A DNA stretch of 64,000 bases from an uncultured Acidobacteriota bacterium (GTDB lineage: Bacteria > Acidobacteriota > UBA6911): NCBI GenBank assembly GCA_963809485.1, contig CAWEJX010000020.1, forward strand, positions 928,001 through 992,000, in the 5' to 3' direction. Positions 41,359 to 49,621 of this stretch are shown here, piece by piece. The notes below the pieces were generated by a model, which ran no database searches, was not told the origin of the DNA, and saw only the letters and a program-made list of their open reading frames with translations. Position 1 is the stretch's first letter. Each line of letters opens with the position of its first letter. The position numbers and the translations under genes are program-made.

Positions 41359-41434
41359 ACAGCGGCAGTCAGGGAACCTTCAGCCGCACGGAGGCTGATT
41401 TCCACGAGATTAACCGCTGCTTTGCGGAACCACT

Positions 41435-42271
41435 CTATCTCTCTCTCCTGGGGGCATCCAGTCCCCATTTTTTGAAATATTCCTCGTAGAACGGCGGTTG
41501 CTGGAAGTCCGTATGCACGGAGTAATTGAACCGCCGGAACGGCATGTTCTTATCGAAGTGATAGACTCCCTCCATCAGTTCCTGCAATCTTTTCGCAGGA
41601 ATCGTAAGAATCATCTCGTCCTCCAGCGCCGCAGCCCGCTCGTAGTCGCCCGGGTCAGGCACGGTGATCCAGCATTCCCCTTTCATAAGCGAGGGAACGA
41701 CGGAATGCACGCAGGATCCGATGGGATCCATGGTCGAGGTGACTTGGTAGCCGTTTTTATACCTCAGGGCGAGCAGCAGATGCCTCAATTGCGCGGAGTT
41801 GCAGTAAATCATGGTTAGGTCCGGCACGAATTTCGCAGTTTTCAGGGGGCCGAAAACCATCCCCGGGTATAGACCATGGGGAATCCGGTGCATCTCGCGG
41901 GCATGTTTTGCAGCCGCTTCCTTGTCCGCAATGAAAAAGGCGTTGGTGAAGCCATCCAGGTAATCCTTGGGTGTTTCGACGAGGCCATAGGATATGATGG
42001 GTTCGAAACACCAGTGGTCTTCCAGGAACATCGCCAGCGTCATACCCTGGCGGCGAGCCACGGAAAAAGCCTGACAAACTGCATAATGCTCGCCACGGTC
42101 CTTCTTCGGCCGGATGGCCCCCTCGGGAATCTCCGCCTCGCTTTTCAGCATTTTAATGGCGATCGGGTACGTCCTAAGAATCAGCATCTTCTCCAGATCT
42201 GCCCCATAGCTGTTAAGTGTTTCGAGCGAGAGGGCAATGGGTTCCCTATCCTGTGTGCTTTCAGAATTCAC
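41435..42271 (-). CDS. DUF169 domain protein (cytoplasmic paralog)
   Basis: LRTYPIAIK, CQA, HWC, PDPG; collinear with 37065-37934 without the signal. Confidence 0.8.
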   Translation of the reverse strand: MNSESTQDREPIALSLETLNSYGADLEKMLILRTYPIAIKMLKSEAEIPEGAIRPKKDRGEHYAVCQAFSVARRQGMTLAMFLEDHWCFEPIISYGLVETPKDYLDGFTNAFFIADKEAAAKHAREMHRIPHGLYPGMVFGPLKTAKFVPDLTMIYCNSAQLRHLLLALRYKNGYQVTSTMDPIGSCVHSVVPSLMKGECWITVPDPGDYERAAALEDEMILTIPAKRLQELMEGVYHFDKNMPFRRFNYSVHTDFQQPPFYEEYFKKWGLDAPRRER

Positions 42272-42491
42272 GGTGTCTCCCCCTTTTCAGCATGGTGCTG
42301 CCATGATTTTTTTAGCCATCAACCTGATAAATTGGAAGGTTCATAACCGCAGCCTGAATCCGGAGGCGGAAATGATTTACGCTCTATAGGCGGAATGACT
42401 GCATGATGCGAACCTGCCGGTTACAATGCCGGTAATCAACCATATTGATTGTTGCACAGCGCGTAGGATAAAACAAACCCGGAGGAAGTAT

Positions 42492-43022
42492 ATGAACCAT
42501 TCCGGCAAGCCCGCTGACACGATTTTGGCCCGCGTAATCGGAACGATCCGCACACCATTCAAGGAAGCCTCAGGCACCCCCATTCAGCCCGCCTATGCGC
42601 GCGACGTGGAAGGCATGCTTTGGGTCGACGACTCGTTCGCTGCCGCGCTGGACGACATCGAGGAATTCGAGCGGATTTGGCTGATTTACTGGATGGACCG
42701 CACGGGACCATTCAAGCCGAAAGTTCTTCCCTATCGCGACAACAAGGAACACGGGCTGTTTGCGACGCGCTCGCCCAACAGACCGAACCCGATCGGGATG
42801 TCGGTGGTCCGTTTCCTCCGCAGGGAGGGCTCCAGGCTCTTCGTAGCCGACGTGGATATGCTTGACAACACACCGCTGCTGGACATCAAGCCCTACGTCC
42901 CCGAATTCGACGCCTGCCCGGGTTCCCGAGCGGGCTGGTTTGACCGGGCTGGAGTGGACCGGCGTGTCGCGGACGGAAGATTTCACGGCCCGGACCCCGA
43001 TACCGGAAATGGCGGCTCGTAA
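42492..43022 (+). CDS. tsaA: tRNA (N6-threonylcarbamoyladenosine-N6)-methyltransferase TrmO/TsaA
   Basis: IGTIRTPF, GLFATRSPNRPNPIG, TPLLDIKPY. Confidence 0.88.
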   Translation: MNHSGKPADTILARVIGTIRTPFKEASGTPIQPAYARDVEGMLWVDDSFAAALDDIEEFERIWLIYWMDRTGPFKPKVLPYRDNKEHGLFATRSPNRPNPIGMSVVRFLRREGSRLFVADVDMLDNTPLLDIKPYVPEFDACPGSRAGWFDRAGVDRRVADGRFHGPDPDTGNGGS

Positions 43023-43043
43023 GGGGCGGCTTCGGGCAACAGG

Positions 43044-43281
43044 GTCGTTCACCTCCGGCAAAGTCGGAGGCAAGATTGGAACCGCTCAAAGCGGTTGGAG
43101 GAGTTACGCTGGTCTTGAACGCTGACTTACGCGGGCAAAAGCCGATGAGGCGCTTCCGATCCTCGCCGAAAAAATCGGCGTTTGTCAGCGCTTTTGTCAG
43201 CGTATGTCAGCGTTTCAAAATACGGAGCTGTCAAACTCTATGAGTCCCCCGGCAGAGCCATGGGGTTTACCAATTGAATTA
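43044..43281 (-). mobile_element. IS200-ended palindromic element, short form
   Basis: Same ends as 19291-19692; lacks the ~161-bp internal cruciform. Confidence 0.78.
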
Positions 43282-43346
43282 TTAGCAGGTATGGACGAAT
43301 CCGCCGGATGCGGATAGACTGCATTTTCATCTCATGGAGAGCAGCT

Positions 43347-43817
43347 ATGATAGAGATCGAAATCCCCGGATATGCAGAGCTGCAGTTCCATCATCTTGTG
43401 CTTGATGTCAACGGAACGATCGCAAAAGACGGGAAGCTTCTGGACGGGGTGGCGGATCTGCTGAAAGAGCTTCGCTCTAGACTGCAGATTCACCTGATCA
43501 CCGCTGACACTCACGGCAGCCAGGAGGAGATCGACAGGCTGCTTGACCTCACGGCGGTTCTGATCCCGTCTCAAAACCAGGCGAAAGCCAAGTTCGATTA
43601 TATCGAAGGCCTCGGCGCGGACAAGGTGTTCGCGGTTGGCAACGGTGCCAACGACGCCCGGATGCTCGAGCGCGCGGTCATCGGCGTCGCCATCGTCGGC
43701 CCGGAAGGGGCCTGCACCGAAACCCTGCTTAAGGCCAAAGTGGTCGTGCCGGATGTTCGGGCCGCGCTCGAACTGCTGCTTTACCCCAAAAGGCTCGCGG
43801 CCACCCTGCGCCGGTAA
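43347..43817 (+). CDS. HAD-family hydrolase (soluble P-type ATPase-like)
   Basis: LDVNGT, TADTHG, VGNGAND motifs. Confidence 0.85.
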   Translation: MIEIEIPGYAELQFHHLVLDVNGTIAKDGKLLDGVADLLKELRSRLQIHLITADTHGSQEEIDRLLDLTAVLIPSQNQAKAKFDYIEGLGADKVFAVGNGANDARMLERAVIGVAIVGPEGACTETLLKAKVVVPDVRAALELLLYPKRLAATLRR

Positions 43818-43925
43818 CCGCTGACTCTCACACCGAAACCAGGGTTCCTCAGCGCCCTTTTCAGCGTATGTCGCCGTTCCTTGATCGTGGAGCTTCAAAC
43901 TACGTGCATCTTCCCGCAAAGCTTG
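43816..43925 (-). repeat. Eroded copy of the IS200-ended element
   Basis: CAGCGCCCTTTTCAGCGTATGTC..GGAGCTTCAAACT resembles the element's CAGCG repeats and GGAGCTGTCAAACT. Confidence 0.4.
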
Positions 43926-44087
43926 GATCATAAATATATTCCACCGATAGCGCCAAACGGGAAGGCCGGCTCCAATGCCCTAATACCAATATGACAGGTT
44001 AACAGGAAAATATTGCCTCCGACTTTACAGGAGATTGCTCAAGTGAGAGGCATTTCGCTCATCATCCTTCTGCCTTCAAACAGCCCT

Positions 44088-44129
44088 ATGGGTATTTCTA
44101 CCCAAACGCCAATGAGTATTCCTGCGAAT
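44088..44129. promoter_or_regulatory. Tandem NarL/LuxR-type boxes upstream of the histidine kinase
   Basis: ATGGGTA-TTTC-TACCCAA and ATGAGTA-TTCC-TGCGAAT, starts 24 bp apart. Confidence 0.5.
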
Positions 44130-44341
44130 AGCTCTGCGGCACCCTATTAGCTTATAAGAGCTTGATCTCAAAGGATGAATCAGGGGTATCCCGCGAGCGG
44201 AGCTGCCGGGCAGTCCGGACAGAGCAACAGAGCCCGGTACGGAGCCTTGAGTGTGATTCGCTATTTACCTCAATGGAATGCGAGATCGCCAGATAGATAA
44301 ACTGGAAGTGGATACATTATGGCCACCGAATTGAGCGGCAG

Positions 44342-47179
44342 ATGAACGAGTACCTCCAGCGTCTCCGGCGCCCCGCTCTATACCTGGTGATTCTGGTTGC
44401 GGCCGCAATGGGCGCCCTGGCATTGGCCAATCCTGCAATAGCGTTTGAACCCCCATATCTGATCCTGTTTCTCAACATAGTTTCCATAGGGATCCCTTCC
44501 CTGTTCATTTCAGTTATAGCTTCCCGCGGATTTCTGCGCACGGGCGCCTGGCCCGCACTCTGGCTGGGGGCCGGAACGCTCTCTTTTGGGATTGCGATGC
44601 TTATGGGCGGCTTTCTCGTAAAGTACGCGGCTGCAAACACAGCCATTACCGTTCATAACCTCCAATGCTTGCTGGCCGCTTCGCTATACCTTTTGGGCGC
44701 ATTTTTTGTGACCAACCAAATTCCACCTAAGGAGGATCTACCAGGACGGTTGCCTGTGGCATTGCAGGTTTACATGGGCACTCTGGCATTCCTGACGCTT
44801 GCAGCCATAATCGGAATTTGGGGACTATTGCCGCCCTTCTTTTATGAAGGAGGCGGAACCTCACTGCGAGCGCTGGTCGTTGCCATGGCAACCATATTCT
44901 TCCTCATTGCGGGCCTGGCCAACTTCCGGCACTACCTGAAATCCAGGTCCGCCCTCCCTTATTGGTATTCCCTTGCGCTGGTGCTGCTTTCGCTGGGAAT
45001 GTCGGGAATATTGTTTCAGACAGCCATGGGCACACCGCTAAACTGGATGGCGCGGGCTGCACAGATATTGGGCGGGATTTACATGCTGGCGGCGACACTC
45101 GCAACTTTAAAAGAGGCGCGGGCTGCCAGGATTCCTGCCGGAGAAGCCATGGCAAATCAATTAACCTCCGTGAACGAGCGGTTGAGGGAAAGCGAAGAGC
45201 GCTACCGTCGCCTGGTCGAAACGGCCAACGAAGGCATCTGGGTTGTGGATTCCGAAGCCCGGACGACATTCGTGAACAGGAGAATGGCCGAAATGCTGGG
45301 ATATCGCCCGGAGGAAATGATCGGGAAAAAGGCATTCGAATTTATGGGAGAAAACGGCGAAGCACAGGTGCGCGCGAATCTCGATCGCCGACGCGCCGGG
45401 ATCCGGGAAATCCTGGAGGTCAGGCTTCTGCGGAAGGACGGTTCCAAACTATGGACCCTGGCCTCCACGACGCCGCTTCAGGAAAAGGACGGCAGTTTTT
45501 CAGGGGCTCTGGGCATGCTTACGGATATTTCCAAACGCAAGCGGGCTGAGGAAGAGATCTCCAAATTAAATGTGGAGCTGGAAAGCAGGGTTCGCGAAAG
45601 GACCCTGCAGCTGGAACAGACGGCCCAGTTGCTGCGTGAGAGCGAGGCCCAGTTCCATCGTCTGTTTGACTCCGACATGATCGGCATCGCCTTCCCGGAC
45701 AAATACGGCGGATTCAGCAGGGGAAATAACGAGTTTCTGCGAATCGTCGGATATACGCGTGAGGATCTGGAAGCCGGGCGAGTGCGGTGGGACACAATGA
45801 CGCCGCCCGAGTATGTGGCCGTTGATGCGGAACACCTGGCCGAGGCGGACCGCCGTGGTGCCTGCACTCCCTATGAGAAAGAATACATCCGCAAAGACGG
45901 CACTCGTGTGCCCATCTTCGTCGGATACGCATTCCTGCCGGGCTCCAAAGATCAATTCATCGCCATTATCCAGGACATCAGCGAACGCAAACGGACGGAG
46001 AAATCGCTGTTAGGCTATTCGGAGCAGCTGCGGTCGCTGGCTTCCGAATTAACTTTGGCCGAGCAACGGGAGCGGCAGCGCCTGTCTCATGTCCTGCACG
46101 ACGGACTTCAGCAGATTCTTGTCGGCGCAAAGTTCAAGCTTGCGATGGTGGAACGCAGCAGAGACGCAAAGCAGGCCGCAGGTGAAGTTTCGGATCTTAT
46201 CGACGACGCTATCGAAACCTCCCGCTCATTGGCGGCGGAACTCAGCCCGCCCATACTGCACCGGGGAAACCTCATCCTTGCACTGGAGTGGCTGGTCCGC
46301 TGGATGAATGACAGGCACGGGCTTATCGTGAACCTGACCGCCCGGGACAAAATAGATGGGGTACCCGAGGACACGACGCTCCTGCTGTTTCAGGCTGTAA
46401 GGGAGCTGCTGTTCAATGTGGTCAAACACTCGGGGGTCCGTTCTGCACGTGTTCAGGTAATGCAGCGGGACGGGCATATCCAGGTTGAAGTTGAAGATGA
46501 CGGGGCGGGCTTTAATCACAATCAGCTGCGTCACGAAGGAGGCCACTCGAGAGGCACGGGGCTATTCAGTATCCGCGAGCGCCTCAGCCTGCTTGGAGGT
46601 CGCATGGAGGTCGACAGCAGACCGGGCGCGGGAAGCCGGCTTAAACTGACCATGCCTTTGTTTACGGCAACTGCCAGGGCGGTAATTCCACCGGATAACA
46701 GACAGGCTCAAATATCGGTTGCGATACCACAAGACCAGGCGGCAATGGCCGGTTCCGAGGCCGGGATCAGGATTGTGCTGGTTGACGATCACATGATCAT
46801 GCGGCAGGGGCTTGCAGGTCTTTTGAAATTGGAGCCCGGCATTGAGGTCGTTGGCGAGGCATCGGACGGGGAATCCGCCATAAAACTCATACGCGAAGTC
46901 CGGCCCGATGTCGTGCTTATGGATATAAATATGCCTGGAATGGACGGCATACAGGCAACCCGTATCCTGCGCGCGGAAATGCCTGACCTGCAAATCATCG
47001 GCTTGTCCATGTTCGAGGAAGGCGAGAAATCCGGCGAAATGTGCAAAGCCGGCGCTGTGGTCTGCCTGACCAAGTCCGCACCTGCAAAATGCGTGATCGA
47101 AGCGCTGCGGAATTTTGCGCTTCCTTCACGGCGCTTTGGGTTGCCGGAGAGTCTCCCGCACACGGTAATACGCTCATAA
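44342..47179 (+). CDS. Hybrid sensor histidine kinase (membrane sensor, 2 PAS, HisKA_3, HATPase, receiver)
   Basis: Multi-TM N-terminus, PAS repeats, ERQRLSHVLHDGLQQ, DDGAGF, VDDH..DVVLMDINMP. Confidence 0.92.
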   Translation: MNEYLQRLRRPALYLVILVAAAMGALALANPAIAFEPPYLILFLNIVSIGIPSLFISVIASRGFLRTGAWPALWLGAGTLSFGIAMLMGGFLVKYAAANTAITVHNLQCLLAASLYLLGAFFVTNQIPPKEDLPGRLPVALQVYMGTLAFLTLAAIIGIWGLLPPFFYEGGGTSLRALVVAMATIFFLIAGLANFRHYLKSRSALPYWYSLALVLLSLGMSGILFQTAMGTPLNWMARAAQILGGIYMLAATLATLKEARAARIPAGEAMANQLTSVNERLRESEERYRRLVETANEGIWVVDSEARTTFVNRRMAEMLGYRPEEMIGKKAFEFMGENGEAQVRANLDRRRAGIREILEVRLLRKDGSKLWTLASTTPLQEKDGSFSGALGMLTDISKRKRAEEEISKLNVELESRVRERTLQLEQTAQLLRESEAQFHRLFDSDMIGIAFPDKYGGFSRGNNEFLRIVGYTREDLEAGRVRWDTMTPPEYVAVDAEHLAEADRRGACTPYEKEYIRKDGTRVPIFVGYAFLPGSKDQFIAIIQDISERKRTEKSLLGYSEQLRSLASELTLAEQRERQRLSHVLHDGLQQILVGAKFKLAMVERSRDAKQAAGEVSDLIDDAIETSRSLAAELSPPILHRGNLILALEWLVRWMNDRHGLIVNLTARDKIDGVPEDTTLLLFQAVRELLFNVVKHSGVRSARVQVMQRDGHIQVEVEDDGAGFNHNQLRHEGGHSRGTGLFSIRERLSLLGGRMEVDSRPGAGSRLKLTMPLFTATARAVIPPDNRQAQISVAIPQDQAAMAGSEAGIRIVLVDDHMIMRQGLAGLLKLEPGIEVVGEASDGESAIKLIREVRPDVVLMDINMPGMDGIQATRILRAEMPDLQIIGLSMFEEGEKSGEMCKAGAVVCLTKSAPAKCVIEALRNFALPSRRFGLPESLPHTVIRS

Positions 47180-47277
47180 ACTTAACGGCAAGCCGGATAT
47201 CGATCGTCTCCTCAAACCAACCCGCGACTTGCAGCCTCAAGCCCGAGACCTTCAATCATACTAAGTCTGCCGCCAAA

Positions 47278-47319
47278 CTACGCAGTTACCCCCATCGCAA
47301 AATGGGTAGATCTACGCAT
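47278..47319. promoter_or_regulatory. Tandem NarL/LuxR-type boxes upstream of the nucleotidyltransferase
   Basis: CTACGCAGTTACCCCCAT and ATGGGTA-GATC-TACGCAT, starts 24 bp apart. Confidence 0.45.
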
Positions 47320-47381
47320 TGATTCCCGAAGCGCTGCTGGTGTCTTATATGGTCAATAGCTCACTGAAAGGATACGGAGTG

Positions 47382-48362
47382 ATGCTCCAAATGGCCCGAA
47401 GCATTGCCGCTGAAGAGGATTTTTTTGCCGACTTGGAGGCCGAAGCCCCATCAAATCGCGTCGCCCTTCTCCTGGCTGGAGGCGATGGCAAGCGCCTGCA
47501 GGATTTGACGCGCGAGATCGAGGGGAGACCGGTGCCGAAACAGTACTGCCGTTTGCTTTATGGCTCATCCCTGCTGGAAGCGACCATCACCCGGGCCCGT
47601 CTATTCGCCCCGTGTGAAAGAATCACCGTAATTGTAAATCGCGATCACATGAAGCTTGCAGCAGGCCAGGTTCGGGCTCTTCCGGAACCCAACGTATTTA
47701 TTCAGCCTTCGAATCGGGACACCGGCCCCGGCATGCTCTTCGCTCTGCTGCGACTGGTTGAGACTCATCCGGATGCCATCGTTGCCGTATTCCCCACCGA
47801 TCATTACATTGATGACAACCGGATGTTTATCCTGCATGTCCTTCATGCAGCCAGACTGATTGCCTCAATGCCCGGCAAAATCGCCATTCTGGGTATTCCG
47901 CCCGACACACCCGAAACCGGGTATGGGTATATCGTTCCGGGCAGCCCGGTGGCGGGATGTGCGAGAGCCTATGAAGTTAAGGCTTTTACGGAAAAGCCCG
48001 GTTTACCTTCCGCTTGCGACATCATATCCCGCGGAGGCTTGTGGAATACCTTCGTGATGATTTTCAGGATTTCGCACATGCTGGACCTGTTGCGCGAGCT
48101 GGTTCCGGAGGAGTTCCAAAAGCTGGCCCAGTTGCGCCGGTCGCCCGAAAAAGCTCCCGATATATACCGAAACATCAACGCCTGGAATCTGTCAACCGGG
48201 GTCCTTGCACGTATCCCCCAGCACCTCATTCTGATCAAGGTCGCGGATGTGCGCTGGAGCGATTGGGGGACGCGTGAATTGGTCGAGAAGACCTATCGGA
48301 CTTTGAACCTGGCGCCTTCATGGTATATTTCGCGTACAGTCTCCAACCCGGTTCCCGGCTAA
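47382..48362 (+). CDS. Sugar-phosphate nucleotidyltransferase (mannose-1-phosphate guanylyltransferase-like); start uncertain
   Basis: LAGGDGKRL, PKQY, NRDTGP, PTDH, GYGYI, FTEKP, WSDWG. Confidence 0.88.
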   Translation: MLQMARSIAAEEDFFADLEAEAPSNRVALLLAGGDGKRLQDLTREIEGRPVPKQYCRLLYGSSLLEATITRARLFAPCERITVIVNRDHMKLAAGQVRALPEPNVFIQPSNRDTGPGMLFALLRLVETHPDAIVAVFPTDHYIDDNRMFILHVLHAARLIASMPGKIAILGIPPDTPETGYGYIVPGSPVAGCARAYEVKAFTEKPGLPSACDIISRGGLWNTFVMIFRISHMLDLLRELVPEEFQKLAQLRRSPEKAPDIYRNINAWNLSTGVLARIPQHLILIKVADVRWSDWGTRELVEKTYRTLNLAPSWYISRTVSNPVPG

Positions 48363-48569
48363 ATTCCAAAATTATCCAATCCGCTGGCGTTTTTGATTTT
48401 CGGGAAGGGCTTCACTCAGCCGCTGTTTGAAGAGGGGCGGAGCCGCAGCTCTCACCCCTCCAAAGGGCACAAATTCGAGGGACACCTATATATACTTTCA
48501 ACTGCGTCGTCCTGTTTCAAAAAAATCAATTCGGCATCAGTCAGGCAGTCCACAGTCCCCTTCTTCTTT

Positions 48570-48791
48570 CAGAGCCGGAGGCTCGATTGTTTGCTGCTCA
48601 AGGCGGTTGGAGGAGTTACGCCGGTCTTGAACGCTGACTTACGCGGGCCAAAGCCGATGAGGCGCTTCCGATCCTCGCCGAACAAATCGGCGTTTGTCAG
48701 CGCTTTTATCAGCGTTTCTCAGCGTTTCAAAATACGGAGCTGTCAAACTCTGTGAGTTCCCGGGCAGAGCCGGGGGATTACCAGTCGATTA
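48570..48791 (-). mobile_element. IS200-ended palindromic element, short form (one end eroded)
   Basis: Near-identical core to 43044-43281. Confidence 0.75.
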
Positions 48792-48816
48792 AAAATTTTG
48801 CAGCTCTTGTTTGCTT

Positions 48817-49617
48817 CTAAGCAAGGATCTCAAAGCGCAGGCAGGCCTGGCCAAAATAAATCTCGTCTCCGGAACGTAAACGGACACCCCGCTGATTGCC
48901 CTCGGGCACCTCGATCGAGCGCCCATCCCGCATAATGCGCGTTCCGTAGCGGCTGACTTCATCCATGATGCAAAATTCCCGGCTTTCCGAATCGAACCAG
49001 ATCCTGGCATGAATTCGCCCCACCGTGGAATTGATATCATCGCCGCTGTCCAGAAAAACCAAATCGTTCCTTCGAATCAGCCGCCCTTCGCGGTCCAGCA
49101 CTTCGGGCAGGCGGCCCACAAGGATGCGCTCTTTCTTCATGAGGTATTCCGGCTGTTCCGCAGCGCCCTTGGTGATCACAAGTTTTATCTCGGGAACCTC
49201 CCGTCGGCGTTGGAGCTCAGCCTTGACAAACTCCAGTTGGAAAAGGGGTGCAGGCGAGGATTGGGCGCCGTCCGGTTCGGGTGCGATGGCCATCTCCACA
49301 ATTATCTGGAGGCCTTCGCGAAGTCGAACCCGCGATTCCTTTAGGGATTTTTCGATATCAGTCTGCAGCGAGCCATCCTGGAGGAAAGCGGTTTCAAAAA
49401 CATCGCGCGAAGGTCCCTCGGGCGGCTGCAGGCGGCAGATTACCTTTTCATAAGGGAAGACCCTCCCTCCCTTATCTTCGACTATCCTGGATTCCACCTG
49501 TTCAAGGATTTCCTTGCGGACTTCCAAGGGCGTCCGTTCGCTTCCCTGCCCGAATGCATTTTCCACGCGTCTGCGAATATCCTTCTCCGCCTTTAAAATC
49601 TTATCCCAGAGTCCCAT
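48817..49617 (-). CDS. FHA domain protein (FhaA-like)
   Basis: VGR..STVGRIHA..SRYGT FHA motifs at the C-terminus. Confidence 0.85.
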   Translation of the reverse strand: MGLWDKILKAEKDIRRRVENAFGQGSERTPLEVRKEILEQVESRIVEDKGGRVFPYEKVICRLQPPEGPSRDVFETAFLQDGSLQTDIEKSLKESRVRLREGLQIIVEMAIAPEPDGAQSSPAPLFQLEFVKAELQRRREVPEIKLVITKGAAEQPEYLMKKERILVGRLPEVLDREGRLIRRNDLVFLDSGDDINSTVGRIHARIWFDSESREFCIMDEVSRYGTRIMRDGRSIEVPEGNQRGVRLRSGDEIYFGQACLRFEILA

Positions 49618-49621
49618 GGCA

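Noticed and set aside
42434-42450. AATCAA-N5-TTGATT palindrome between divergent DUF169 and tsaA
   Set aside because: Single short instance, inverse of the FNR arrangement; not enough support
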